This document shows positions 17,790 to 28,990 of a stretch of 64,000 bases of DNA, in pieces. A program made the position numbers and the translations under genes. The DNA is from Spirochaetota bacterium (lineage in GTDB: Bacteria; Spirochaetota; UBA4802; UBA5550), in NCBI GenBank assembly GCA_016933025.1, contig JAFGBT010000039.1, positions 731 through 64,730 of the forward strand, in the 5' to 3' direction. The stretch's first letter is position 1. The number at the start of each line of letters is the position of its first letter. Under the pieces are notes generated by a model. The model saw only the letters and a program-made list of their open reading frames with translations, was not told the origin of the DNA and did not search any database.

Positions 17790-18719
17790 TTACCGGAAGC
17801 GGTACGCAGCGCCGAAGAAAATGCCTCCCCAGTGCTCGACTTCCCCGTCGATCCAGCCGTCCTTGTAGGTCAGGTCGTATACCGGGCTGTCGTCGCTCGC
17901 TGCGATGTGCGGCAGCACCTGGTACCTGCCGCCCACAAAGACCTCAAGATGGGCCGGCTTGATGTAATACGAAAGCTTCAGGTTCATGTCAAACCCGATG
18001 CAGACATATCCCGCAGTGTAATCGTAGGGAACGAGCGTCCAGAACGAATCGAGGTATCTTCTCTCGCTATCAAATTCGCCGAACTGGAAGGTAAGCGCCG
18101 CACCGGTGCTGAGTACCAGGCCCTCGACGAATTCATAATGAAACTGGGCTCCGATCGAGGGGCCAAAATACCAGGCGCTGTATTCTTCCTGCTTCATGTC
18201 AAACCAGGGAGTCCCGAACCTGAATGAATCACCCTCGCCGTCGTCATAGTTAAACCTGAGGCCGATGGTCAGATCAACATATTTATGCACGGGATGCTCC
18301 GCGTACAGGTCAAGGTCATACCTGCGGCATTTCGACTCACCTATGTCGAAATATCCTCCAAGTAAACCGCCCCAGCCGGGCGAAAGCCACCTGAGGAGGT
18401 CCGCATCAAGCGCAAGCGATGTGTATTCGAACTTATTTCTGGAAAGACCGAAGAGCATCTGGCCGCCGATGTTCCAGCCGCTGGCGACGTTGACCCAGAA
18501 CATCGGGCCGAACATGAACGAGCCATCCAGTTCGTCTTCCATGTTCGATCCCATCAATTTTGCCGACTCTTCCTGCAGGAAAGGCAAAAATGCAGGCTTC
18601 CACCAGTCGCCCATCATGTTAATTCCGAGTTTGGCATCTACCGCGTGGGACGCGGTAGGCACGAAGAGCAGCGCCCCGGCAAACATAGCCGAAACGACAA
18701 CCACGACTATTTTTTTCAT
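17790..18719 (-). CDS. Predicted outer-membrane beta-barrel protein, paralog 2.
   Basis: Signal peptide MKKIVVVVVSAMFAGALLFVPTASHA. Blocks shared with paralog 1 include MMGDWWKP vs MMYDWWTP, FGLSR and EVFVGGRYQVLPH vs EVFIGGRYAVLPH. The C-terminus is FFGAAYRF. Confidence 0.5.
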   Translation of the reverse strand: MKKIVVVVVSAMFAGALLFVPTASHAVDAKLGINMMGDWWKPAFLPFLQEESAKLMGSNMEDELDGSFMFGPMFWVNVASGWNIGGQMLFGLSRNKFEYTSLALDADLLRWLSPGWGGLLGGYFDIGESKCRRYDLDLYAEHPVHKYVDLTIGLRFNYDDGEGDSFRFGTPWFDMKQEEYSAWYFGPSIGAQFHYEFVEGLVLSTGAALTFQFGEFDSERRYLDSFWTLVPYDYTAGYVCIGFDMNLKLSYYIKPAHLEVFVGGRYQVLPHIAASDDSPVYDLTYKDGWIDGEVEHWGGIFFGAAYRFR

Positions 18720-18878
18720 ATCCTCACCTCTCCAACCCATAATGTTTTGATTAATAGCAGAATTAATGGGTGTATTAACAAAGGGCAAATGGGATGTCCA
18801 GTAAATTTTTAATTTTTTAAGACTTATTTAATTTGAACCTGTGTCTAAAATCGAATCATGCATCATGGCTCGCCGATG

Positions 18879-19691
18879 TCAGTCAGCCCGACGGGCCTGG
18901 CCGTCAATCTCAAATAAATGTTCAAGGCCCCTCAGCGATTGCTCCAGATCGCCCCGATTATAAACCTCGATAACGAGCGACCCCGCCATTTTCATCAATA
19001 ATTTTCCGGCGAACTTCAAATGCCGGACATCATGCGCCGAGATCGCACGGTGATCTTTTCCTCCGCCAACGCCGTGCATGTGCACCTGGCGAATACGGGA
19101 GCCGAAAAGTTCCATGAATCTTTCACCGTCATGCCCGTGAAACATGAGGTGCCCCGCATCCATGCAGACCGGGAATGGGCTGTCATTGACAATGTCGCCG
19201 AAATACATGAGGTCGTACGAAGTATTTTCAAGATAAATATCGCGTGCCGCATCGCCAAGCCTCTCTGCCATAATGCCGAGAACTCCGCTGAACTCTTCGC
19301 GCCATGACTGCGTTAGCTCGACCCGCTCCGGGCCGGAGTCAACATGAAGCACATATCCTTCAACACCGAGAACTCCGGTCGCGTCCAGTATCCGCTCGAT
19401 TACATCGAGGGACCGAAGCGCGGCTTCCTTCGACGCGCCGAGTAGGGCCAGGTCCGCCGGAAGATGCACGGTGAACCGGAGCCCGCTGTCGTCCCCTATC
19501 TTTCTCAGATCGCGTATAATCCGCGGGCTCATGACCTCGTCGAGATGGTCCCGGCCGAAAAGCAGAAGCTGCACCATGTCAAGAAAACCGGCGAGAAACC
19601 TCGCATTGGCGACCACGCTGTCAGCTTTCACCGGAATTATATACGACGGCGCGCCGACAGCGAAGGGGAACCTGTTCTTGTATGATTTCAT
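18879..19691 (-). CDS. Sugar phosphate isomerase/epimerase-family TIM-barrel protein (xylose-isomerase-like fold).
   Basis: The block QVHMHGVGGGKDHRAIS resembles the metal-binding HxKD...H.PLG region of this family. The start is probably the internal MKSYKNRFPFAVGAPS. The long ORF-track N-terminal extension is unlikely. Confidence 0.4.
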   Translation of the reverse strand: MKSYKNRFPFAVGAPSYIIPVKADSVVANARFLAGFLDMVQLLLFGRDHLDEVMSPRIIRDLRKIGDDSGLRFTVHLPADLALLGASKEAALRSLDVIERILDATGVLGVEGYVLHVDSGPERVELTQSWREEFSGVLGIMAERLGDAARDIYLENTSYDLMYFGDIVNDSPFPVCMDAGHLMFHGHDGERFMELFGSRIRQVHMHGVGGGKDHRAISAHDVRHLKFAGKLLMKMAGSLVIEVYNRGDLEQSLRGLEHLFEIDGQARRAD

Positions 19692-19943
19692 ACTATTTAT
19701 ACCGGTGCGGATTATGCCGCCACAGTATGGCCCCGCTTCCATCATATCAATTGAAAAAATTATTCTTATCAAAATATATTTTGACAGGACTTTGAATAAT
19801 CGGGTAGTGTCATGCATGCCTCGACGGAGTTCATCCTGAGCCCCTCGACCGCGCTCGGGACAGGCTTCGCCGGGAGGGTGTCGCCCGGAGCGGGTGAAAG
19901 CGCATACGGATGTAATTTTAAGAAACTTTTGCGGGAAGGGCAT

Positions 19944-20504
19944 ATGACACAACAGGAATTATTTACCCTGGCGTATATTTTCTTCGCGCGGATCCTGGAC
20001 GTGTCCCTGGGAACCATGAGGATCGTGCTGATCTCCCGCGGATACCGGCACATCGCCCCCCTGCTCGGCTTTTTTGAGATCCTTATATGGCTTACCGCCA
20101 TCAGCAGGGCCCTCGCCAGCCTGAACAGCGTCTACAGCTATCTCATCTATGCCGCCGGATTTGCCGCGGGCAACTACGTCGGCATGATGCTTGAAGAGAA
20201 GCTGCCGTTCGGGTATAAGTCGCTCCGGGTCGTCACAACCAAGGAGGTGTCCATCCTGCCCCTGATGCTCCGGGAAGAGGGCTTCGGCGTGACCATCGTC
20301 GAAGGCATGGGCCTTAAAGGGCCCGTCACGCTGCTCTACTCGCTGGTCAGGAAAAAAAAGCTGCAGCGCTTTCTGGAAATCGTCAGAATCCTCGAGCCGA
20401 ACGCGTTCATAACCATCGAGGAGGTCCGCGCGTACCGGCCCGGCTTCGTTTCCCGCAAGCCCTACCCGGCGATCCTCGGCCGGTTAATGAGAAAAGGGAA
20501 ATAG
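19944..20504 (+). CDS. DUF2179-type small membrane protein (UPF0316-like).
   Basis: Three N-terminal TM helices (start MTQQELFTLAYIFFARILDV), then a ~80-aa soluble C-terminal domain (SLRVVTTKE...VTIVEGMGLKG...EEVRAY) that resembles DUF2179. Confidence 0.4.
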   Translation: MTQQELFTLAYIFFARILDVSLGTMRIVLISRGYRHIAPLLGFFEILIWLTAISRALASLNSVYSYLIYAAGFAAGNYVGMMLEEKLPFGYKSLRVVTTKEVSILPLMLREEGFGVTIVEGMGLKGPVTLLYSLVRKKKLQRFLEIVRILEPNAFITIEEVRAYRPGFVSRKPYPAILGRLMRKGK

Positions 20505-20521
20505 AACGCGAAGCGACATCC

Positions 20522-21769
20522 CTACTTTTTTTCGATGGCGATGTTCGCGTCAATCTCCGCCACGAACCTCCGGCAGACCTCGTTCATAAGCCGCATCGCC
20601 TCCGGGTCCATCCGGTCGAGCCTGTCCTGAGAGGTATGGTAGTTCGAACGCGGCGTTCGGTCCTGCGCGGTCAGGGTAATTGATTTTTTTATTCCGGCCT
20701 TCGCGAATTCGGCGGCGTCCGTACCGCCGGCGTCCAGCTTCCAGCGGTAATACCCGAGGCCCATGGCCTTCATGATCTTTTCCGCCATATCGACGTACTC
20801 GCGGTCATACCTGATCATCTGCCATATCTCGCCCTCCATGCAGATGAAATCGTCCTTATCCGCGACGCCGTCCACGTTCAGGACACGAACTTCGCCCGAA
20901 AGGAGGTCCTCCCGGTGGCGTCTGACGAATGCCCGCGACCCCCTGAGACCCGCCTCCTCGGAGCCGAACGCCGCCAGAATGATCCTGAGATGCCGGGGCG
21001 CATTCTTCGGGTCGTTCCGGTATGATTTCACCAGCCAGAGGGCGGTTGCAATGCCTGAGAGATTGTCCATGGCGCCCGGGGACGCCTTGCTCCTGTCATA
21101 CACCAGGTAATTGAAGAGGAAATAAAAGCCGATGTAAAGCAGCGGCACGATCAGCATGCTCCACCAGAGCGACCAGGGGAGCATGCCCAGGTTGTCCGCG
21201 TCAAGGTAGAGCGCGATGGCGAGGGCAAGGAGCAGGAATCCCGAGAGCGCCCCGAAATTCAGCTTGTAGCGGGCCAGGTGGCTCTTTTCGGCGAAAGGCG
21301 GAACGTGCCAGGACGAATCGATGTGCCCTGATATGATCAGGGTGGCCTGCGCTTTTTTCGGCCCGCCGGGAGGATCGATAATGCTGTAGACGTTCTGTGA
21401 TACCGCCTTCGGGAAAATGACATCGAACCAGTCCCTGTACAGTATGATCTGCGTTATCGCGAAAAACTGCAGCACCGCGACCATGATGACGGTCACCAGC
21501 GGCTGCCAGAAAAAAAAGAGGCCGGCGATCATGAGGCCGAGGCCGATACCCGGGATTGAGCCGATGCCGGCCTTCGGCGCCAGGGTGAACTCATCCACGG
21601 TCACATTGCCCGCCGTCGCCCTGAACTCGTCGGCAATGTCGGCCGCCGCCCGGCGCTCCTCGTCCGATCCGGGAAGCCGCGGCCCGTGGCGGTCGATAAT
21701 ACGCTGTATAAAGTCGCGCTGGGCCCTTACGGTTTTATCCATACCATCCCCCCTCCTGTCATGGTTCAA
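20522..21769 (-). CDS. M28-family metallopeptidase (aminopeptidase-like) with membrane-spanning insertions.
   Basis: An M28 zinc-ligand region GAMDNLSGIA and an upstream HIDS. Several hydrophobic helices are inserted mid-protein. Length 415 aa. Confidence 0.55.
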   Translation of the reverse strand: MNHDRRGDGMDKTVRAQRDFIQRIIDRHGPRLPGSDEERRAAADIADEFRATAGNVTVDEFTLAPKAGIGSIPGIGLGLMIAGLFFFWQPLVTVIMVAVLQFFAITQIILYRDWFDVIFPKAVSQNVYSIIDPPGGPKKAQATLIISGHIDSSWHVPPFAEKSHLARYKLNFGALSGFLLLALAIALYLDADNLGMLPWSLWWSMLIVPLLYIGFYFLFNYLVYDRSKASPGAMDNLSGIATALWLVKSYRNDPKNAPRHLRIILAAFGSEEAGLRGSRAFVRRHREDLLSGEVRVLNVDGVADKDDFICMEGEIWQMIRYDREYVDMAEKIMKAMGLGYYRWKLDAGGTDAAEFAKAGIKKSITLTAQDRTPRSNYHTSQDRLDRMDPEAMRLMNEVCRRFVAEIDANIAIEKK

Positions 21770-21812
21770 ATGATATCAATAAAAAGAGTTGCTATGATCA
21801 CGGATTATACCT

Positions 21813-22256
21813 TCAAATAGAATAATCGGCAGCCGCCTTCCCTCTGTTTTTATTATATTGTTTTACCAGGTCGTCCAGGGTTGTTCCATCAAGAAATTCA
21901 ACCATTAGTGAACTCATCTCCGCCCATACATTGCGCGTAATGCACCCAGCGTTCCAATCGCATTCCTCCGGCCTGGCCACGCAATCAACAAGACTCAGAT
22001 CTCCCTCGAGCGGTTCAATAATTTCCCGCAGCCTGATCTGCGACGCGGGCCTGCCCAGCATATATCCGCCATGGGCGCCCCTGATGGCAGCCACCAGCCC
22101 GCCGGCTTTCAGGGGAATGATTATCTGGCTCAAATATTTTTCAGATATCCTCTCCGAACGCGCGATCTCTTTTAGAAAGACCGGCCTCCTTTCGTCTCCG
22201 AGTCCCAGCGCGAGCATGAGCCTGAGTCCGTATCTTGATCTTGTTGACAGCTTCAC
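21813..22256 (-). CDS. Rrf2-family transcriptional regulator (CymR/IscR-like). It is probably a cysteine-metabolism repressor.
   Basis: MKLSTRSRYGLRLMLALG is the canonical Rrf2 wHTH N-terminus. Length 147 aa. It lies immediately downstream of cysK on the same strand. Confidence 0.7.
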   Translation of the reverse strand: MKLSTRSRYGLRLMLALGLGDERRPVFLKEIARSERISEKYLSQIIIPLKAGGLVAAIRGAHGGYMLGRPASQIRLREIIEPLEGDLSLVDCVARPEECDWNAGCITRNVWAEMSSLMVEFLDGTTLDDLVKQYNKNRGKAAADYSI

Positions 22257-22292
22257 GTCATCGTCCCTCTAAGGCCATATTCAACTCCGATG

Positions 22293-23261
22293 TCATGATT
22301 CAATACCCTCGAACAGCACGCTCGACAGGTAACGCTCCCCGGCGTCGGGCAGAATAACCACCACGTTTTTCCCCTTGCTCTCCGGCCTTGCCGCCACCCG
22401 TACCGCCGCAGCCATGGCCGCTCCGCTGGATATCCCGACCGTGATTCCCTCCTCTTTATGGAGGCGGCGGGCCATCTCGACCGCCTCCTCGTTCGAGACC
22501 GTGGCGATTTCGTCGATGAGGTCCAGGTCGAGAACGTCCGGCTTGAAGCCGGCGCCGATCCCCTGGATCCTGTGGGGGCCGGGCTTCGGCGTTTCGCCTT
22601 TCTTGATTGCGGTGAGCACCGGCGAACCGGCCGGCTCGACCGCCACGGAGAGGATCTGCCTCCGTCTTTGCTCCTTGATGAACCTGGTCACTCCGGTGAT
22701 GGTGCCCCCCGTGCCTACGCCTGCCACGAAAATATCGACCTTCCCGTCAGTATCGTCCCATATCTCAGGACCTGTGGTCTTGAAGTGAATCGCCGGGTTT
22801 GCCGGATTCTTGAACTGTTGGGGGATATAGTATTTCCCGGGATCGCGTGCCGCCATCTCCTCGGCCTTCTCGATTGCGCCAGGCATCCCCTGCACGCCCT
22901 CCGTCAGAATCAACTCCGCGCCGAACGCCCTGAGCATCTTGCGGCGCTCGATCGACATGGTGTCGGGCATCGTCAGAATGAGGGGATACTGCCGGGCCGC
23001 TGCGACATAGGCGAGCGCGATGCCGGTGTTGCCGCTGGTCGGCTCGATGATCGTGACGTCCCTTTTCCCCGGCTTGAGCTTTCCCCGGCGTTCCGCCTCC
23101 CAGATCATCGCCGCGCCGATGCGGCACTTGAGAGAATAAGCCGGGTTCCGCCCCTCGATCTTCGCGAGCACCGTCGCGGGGAGGCCCGCTGCTATCCTGT
23201 TGATTCTGACCAGCGGCGTGCGGCCGATGCTCAGGCTGTTGTCGTCGTATATTCGTGCCAT
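22293..23261 (-). CDS. cysK: Cysteine synthase A (O-acetylserine sulfhydrylase).
   Basis: PLP-lysine motif ([15 protein letters not shown]) and a glycine-rich loop ([10 protein letters not shown]). The start MARIYDD has an AAGGAG ribosome-binding site. Length ~322 aa. Confidence 0.85.
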   Translation of the reverse strand: MARIYDDNSLSIGRTPLVRINRIAAGLPATVLAKIEGRNPAYSLKCRIGAAMIWEAERRGKLKPGKRDVTIIEPTSGNTGIALAYVAAARQYPLILTMPDTMSIERRKMLRAFGAELILTEGVQGMPGAIEKAEEMAARDPGKYYIPQQFKNPANPAIHFKTTGPEIWDDTDGKVDIFVAGVGTGGTITGVTRFIKEQRRRQILSVAVEPAGSPVLTAIKKGETPKPGPHRIQGIGAGFKPDVLDLDLIDEIATVSNEEAVEMARRLHKEEGITVGISSGAAMAAAVRVAARPESKGKNVVVILPDAGERYLSSVLFEGIES

Positions 23262-23283
23262 GATTTTTCTCCTTTTTAATAAA

Positions 23284-24654
<1,371 letters not shown>

Positions 24655-24739
24655 TTAATGTCAAGGTAAAGTTATAATTTTGCATCTAAAATCAGTAGAT
24701 TTAACAATTTATATTAGAACAGGTTGGGATGATATTATT

Positions 24740-24753
24740 TCGATAGTTATCGG
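24740..24753. repeat. Palindromic motif copy (tCGATAGTTATCGG), reverse orientation, in the metY/msrBA divergent intergenic region.
   Basis: Reverse complement of the CCGATAACTATCG core. Confidence 0.55.
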
Positions 24754-24796
24754 TAATGGATACCATAAGCCATGAATGCCCATGATCCGGCATTAA

Positions 24797-24810
24797 CCGA
24801 TAACAATCGG
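24797..24810. repeat. Palindromic motif variant (CCGATAACAATCGG) in the same intergenic region.
   Basis: One mismatch to the 14-mer. It lies 44 bp from the previous copy. Confidence 0.5.
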
Positions 24811-24925
24811 CTATGATGCTCACACTCTGCTGTTTTTGCTCATGCTATTCTTTTTTAATCATTTCAGCCAATATGAGGCGAAAAAAAGCTGCAACCCCAT
24901 ATTTTTTGTATCCTGAATATATTTT

Positions 24926-24953
24926 TTGACTCATAACAATAACAATTTAGTAT
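24926..24953 (+). promoter_or_regulatory. Candidate sigma70-type promoter for msrBA: TTGACT, a 16-bp spacer, then TAGTAT.
   Basis: -35 TTGACT at 24926-24931. -10 TAGTAT at 24948-24953. The start codon at 24976 is ~23 nt downstream. Confidence 0.35.
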
Positions 24954-24975
24954 TTTAGAATATTATGGATATTTT

Positions 24976-26007
24976 ATGAACCGATATTTAACGGCTGCAC
25001 TGGCGGCCATGATACTCTCGACAATTACTTTCTGCACAAACTGCAGAAAAGAAGGATATTCAGACATGAAGTCGAATGATAAACAACACCTATTGAATAA
25101 ACTGACTCCCGAGCAGTATCGGGTTACCTGCGAAAACGGAACCGAACCCCCCTTCAGGAACGAATACTGGGACAATCACCGCCCGGGCATCTATGTCGAT
25201 GTTATATCGGGAGAGCCCCTGTTCAGCTCGCTTGACAAGTTCGATTCCGGGACAGGATGGCCGAGCTTTACCCGCCCGATGGAAAACGACAATATCGTGC
25301 TAAAGGTCGACCGGAGCCTCTTTATGACACGAACCGAGGTTCGGGGCAAAAAAGCCGATTCTCATCTCGGGCATGTATTTAAGGATGGGCCGCCCCCAAC
25401 CGGACTCAGGTACTGCATGAACTCCGCCGCGCTCCGCTTTATACCGGCATCCGAGCTGGAAAAAGAAGGATACGGACAATACGCAAAACTCTTTGCCCCC
25501 CGCGGGCCGGCAACCGTTGTAAAGACAGAAACCGCCACGTTTGCGGCCGGATGCTTCTGGGGCGTCGAGCACCTATTCAAGGGGATCAGGGGCGTCCTGA
25601 AGACCCGGGTCGGATACACCGGCGGCCGCACGGACAATCCCACGTATCGCGACGTCAGCACCGGCACGACCGGGCATGCCGAAGCGGTACAGGTTGAGTA
25701 CGACCCGTCGGTCATTTCGTACCGGGAGCTCCTGGATTACTTCTGGAGGCTTCATGACCCGACACAACTGAACCGGCAGGGCCCGGACATCGGCACGCAA
25801 TACCGAACGGCACTATTCTACCATAACGAGGAACAGCGCACAACAGCCGAGAAATCGAAGGAAGATTTTGACCGATCAGGCGTGTTCCGCACGAAGGCCG
25901 TGACAGAAATCAAGCCGGCGGGAAAATTTTACGACGCGGAGGAGTATCATCAGGATTATTTCGGCAAGAATCAGGGCCGATCATGCCATATACTCAGGGA
26001 CCGGTAA
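24976..26007 (+). CDS. msrAB: Peptide methionine sulfoxide reductase MsrB-MsrA fusion with a lipoprotein-type signal peptide.
   Basis: N-terminal signal peptide with lipobox ([11 protein letters not shown]). The MsrB domain has zinc Cys pairs and the RYCMNSAAL catalytic motif. The MsrA domain carries GCFWG. Confidence 0.85.
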   Translation: MNRYLTAALAAMILSTITFCTNCRKEGYSDMKSNDKQHLLNKLTPEQYRVTCENGTEPPFRNEYWDNHRPGIYVDVISGEPLFSSLDKFDSGTGWPSFTRPMENDNIVLKVDRSLFMTRTEVRGKKADSHLGHVFKDGPPPTGLRYCMNSAALRFIPASELEKEGYGQYAKLFAPRGPATVVKTETATFAAGCFWGVEHLFKGIRGVLKTRVGYTGGRTDNPTYRDVSTGTTGHAEAVQVEYDPSVISYRELLDYFWRLHDPTQLNRQGPDIGTQYRTALFYHNEEQRTTAEKSKEDFDRSGVFRTKAVTEIKPAGKFYDAEEYHQDYFGKNQGRSCHILRDR

Positions 26008-26031
26008 GGAGCGCTCCCTGCCCGCATAACA

Positions 26032-26499
26032 TCAACCGCTCCCCAGATACCGGTACAGGAAAAACGCGATCGCCCCCGCCAGGGCAATGATGAGCATGAC
26101 ATACAGTATGGCCGAAAACCGCGCGGTATGGGGGGGCGCCTCGTTCTGTTTCGGCTGATCGCCACGATACGGCTCACCGGTCTTCATGTCGGCCCTGCAG
26201 TTCCAGCACAGGTCATAAAGATCGCAGACCATTTCGCCACAGCGGGCGCATTTCGCCATTCTGACACTGTAAATGTCGACCGATGTTGATTGCTCAATCA
26301 ACGCCTCCGCTTCATGCAGCCTGTCCGCACGCACCAGTACACTCGTTTCCGGGTCCACCCGCGGCACCATTCCGAAGACAGGCGTCATGCCATCATTCTC
26401 GATTATCGCTTCAATCCCATTGTTGTCGAGAAGGAACTTGACCATATGGGCATCCGCGCTATTGAGCGAAGAATAAACAATTGAATACCCGTTTTTCAT
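26032..26499 (-). CDS. DUF2007-like domain plus zinc-ribbon plus C-terminal TM anchor (hypothetical).
   Basis: The N-terminal ~70 aa resemble the putative signal-transducing DUF2007 fold. Then CARCGEMVCDLYDLCWNC gives two CxxC pairs. A hydrophobic helix lies near the C-terminus. Confidence 0.45.
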   Translation of the reverse strand: MKNGYSIVYSSLNSADAHMVKFLLDNNGIEAIIENDGMTPVFGMVPRVDPETSVLVRADRLHEAEALIEQSTSVDIYSVRMAKCARCGEMVCDLYDLCWNCRADMKTGEPYRGDQPKQNEAPPHTARFSAILYVMLIIALAGAIAFFLYRYLGSG

Positions 26500-26607
26500 A
26501 ACAACCTTGTTACCCGCTGCCCGTACACATAATATAACGCTTTACCTCATATATTGCAACAATTATAAAAGCGGGCCGAACGATGACAGGCCGGCAATGT
26601 ATTACAT

Positions 26608-27957
26608 TTGCGAAAATATTTTTCAATTCGCGCATCTGTAATTATATTATATTTTTTTCCCCCATATACCGCCTTATCCAAAAAATGCTTCCAAGACAGA
26701 GCCCTGCGGGTAGAATTGCCACCCATGAGATCAAAACCAAAACCGTCATCCAGTCTCCTCAGGCATAAATCGACCAGGCGACTGCATGGAAAAAAGCTTA
26801 TTCATAGCAGGACATCATCGGCTGTAAAAAAAGTCGCGGTTTTCTGGACCGTGACGCTCGCGATACTGCTCGCAGGTATCTATTTCACCTGCCCGACACA
26901 GCCCCGACATTACGCCACCGATCCCTACTGGAACGACGTGGCACGGTATCTGGCCGGCATGGATGTAGAGCAAAAAAGCGTACTATGGCCCTTGACCCAG
27001 GAATACACCTATACGATGCACCGGCAATTCATGGACAACCTATGGAACAGAATACAGAAAGAGACAATCGACCTGATTGTGCCGTGGAGGACGCAGAACA
27101 TGCCGCCCCTCCGTAAACGCGCCACCGCCTTTTACCCTTTGAGCGGGGCGGACTTCATCAACCTTTATACCCTTTTCCCCGACTCCTATAGATACCTGAT
27201 GATCGCCATGGAACCCGGGGGCGACGTGTCCATACTGCGCGATTACACCTCCCGGAGGCTTGTCGACGGACTCTGGTCAATCCAGCGGAGCATCTATCTC
27301 TATGGGATGAGCAACTATTTTCAGACCAGAGTGATGTCCCAGGAAATGACCAATACCCTCCTGCCGGGTACGGCCCCATCGCTCCTCATTTTCATGGCGC
27401 GACTGGGACTGGTCATTAAAAGCGTGGAGAATGTACGCATCGGCCCCGGAGGCACGCTGGTTCGCACTATGTTTGACAGCACCAGGCCGGCTCCCGGGAT
27501 CACCACCGGAATACGAATCGGCTTTATCGGAGATGATGGAAGCCGGCGCGAGCTGGTCTATCTATGTATGAAGCTCGGTCCGGGATCGGTCGACCGTGCT
27601 ACCTCCGCGGGCAAGTATCTCCACCGGCTGAGCGACATCAAGACCATGATGAAATCGGCGGTCTATCTTCTTCATCACAGCCCCTTTGAACCTGTAAGGG
27701 ATTTCATTCTCGAAAAGAGCGTCCTGATGGCCCAGGACGATTCAGGCATACCCTATCATTATTTCACCGAAGGATGGGATACCTCCCTGTTCGGTGTCTA
27801 CCGGCCGGCCATGCACCTGCATGACTGCCTCCCGGTCTGGCAGGCGGATCTCTACGAGAAGTACCTGCAGGGGGCGCCCGAACTCCCGTTCAATTTCGGG
27901 TACGGCATCCTCTTTGGTCCCCGCCAGTCCAACCTGATGATCGCCAGGAAACAATAA
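26608..27957 (+). CDS. Hypothetical protein, ~400 aa, with an N-terminal TM helix. The true start is probably internal.
   Basis: A long open frame with coding-like composition and no recognisable motif. The TM segment is at VAVFWTVTLAILLAGIYF. A terminator follows. Confidence 0.4.
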   Translation: MRKYFSIRASVIILYFFPPYTALSKKCFQDRALRVELPPMRSKPKPSSSLLRHKSTRRLHGKKLIHSRTSSAVKKVAVFWTVTLAILLAGIYFTCPTQPRHYATDPYWNDVARYLAGMDVEQKSVLWPLTQEYTYTMHRQFMDNLWNRIQKETIDLIVPWRTQNMPPLRKRATAFYPLSGADFINLYTLFPDSYRYLMIAMEPGGDVSILRDYTSRRLVDGLWSIQRSIYLYGMSNYFQTRVMSQEMTNTLLPGTAPSLLIFMARLGLVIKSVENVRIGPGGTLVRTMFDSTRPAPGITTGIRIGFIGDDGSRRELVYLCMKLGPGSVDRATSAGKYLHRLSDIKTMMKSAVYLLHHSPFEPVRDFILEKSVLMAQDDSGIPYHYFTEGWDTSLFGVYRPAMHLHDCLPVWQADLYEKYLQGAPELPFNFGYGILFGPRQSNLMIARKQ

Positions 27958-27995
27958 TCGGCCGCCATCTCCACTATCAATACAGTACCGTGCGA

Positions 27996-28036
27996 ACGGA
28001 AGGCGCGGATAACAAACCGCGCCTTCCATGCTTTTC
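27996..28036. terminator. Intrinsic terminator candidate between convergent genes.
   Basis: GGAAGGCGCGG-ataacaaac-CCGCGCCTTCC, followed by atgCTTTTCaat. Confidence 0.45.
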
Positions 28037-28072
28037 AATAATCGATCAGATCCCTTAAGGGACCTTCACATA

Positions 28073-28726
28073 TCAATATACAAACCCGAGAATTCCCAGC
28101 CCTATTACGTTCATTCCTATCGCAATCGTGTATATGGCGCCGATAAAAATCAGGCGGGCCTTCGTGGTCTTGAGGGACAGCATCACGTTAATGGCCGCGA
28201 AGAAAATAAAATACCCGAATACAAATATGAGCCAGATGCCCGCAAACGAACGATACCACCATGGATATTCCCATACGAGATGGCCGCCGTAGTTCAGGAC
28301 ACACTCGACGAAGACGCAGAATGCCGAAAACAGTATTGCCAGGAACCACCGGTTCGGCAGGCCGAGTATCCTGGTTCTCTTGTCCGGCAGCAGAGAATGG
28401 TAAAAAATTATCCCCGCGAGGGTGAACATGAACATGATCTCGATGTTCCATCCCACCAGGGTCCTGAGGGCCGTATCGCCCGGCGTGGTCCAGAACGCCG
28501 ACCGCTGAGTCAGGTGGAACACCCACCCGTTCCAGCTCTCGTTGATGAAGTCCATGCCGAAGAGGGTCAGGCCCGCGAAAATGGCCTCCCAGTTCCCGGA
28601 CTCCCGCGCCTTCTTGATCTCAATCGCGTAGATATACATCACGATTGCCAGAAGAGGTATCACGTACCACTTCAGCATTGAAAGGTCCCTGAGCCCCTGG
28701 AGCGCCTGCACCGATGCTTCTGTCAT
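28073..28726 (-). CDS. Integral membrane protein (hypothetical), ~6 TM helices.
   Basis: A 217-aa ORF with hydrophobic helices throughout. No motif recognised. Confidence 0.45.
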   Translation of the reverse strand: MTEASVQALQGLRDLSMLKWYVIPLLAIVMYIYAIEIKKARESGNWEAIFAGLTLFGMDFINESWNGWVFHLTQRSAFWTTPGDTALRTLVGWNIEIMFMFTLAGIIFYHSLLPDKRTRILGLPNRWFLAILFSAFCVFVECVLNYGGHLVWEYPWWYRSFAGIWLIFVFGYFIFFAAINVMLSLKTTKARLIFIGAIYTIAIGMNVIGLGILGFVY

Positions 28727-28990
28727 ATGAACCCCCCGATGTCCAAGATTTCACCACCAGCCGCCGCATTGACGCGACTACAAACCGGCTGATAATAACT
28801 ATAGCATAATACAATACATGTGCCGTGTCAATATGAAAACCGGTAGCCTCCCCTCGCACCGAGCGAAAGGGGCAGAGGAGAAGGAGCTATTATTAAAAAG
28901 TTCTTGCATTCAGCGTTATTTTGGCCAATAATTGATGAGGAAAGGAATTGACCGCATGACTATCTATCTGCCACCTGCGAAGGGGGGATT

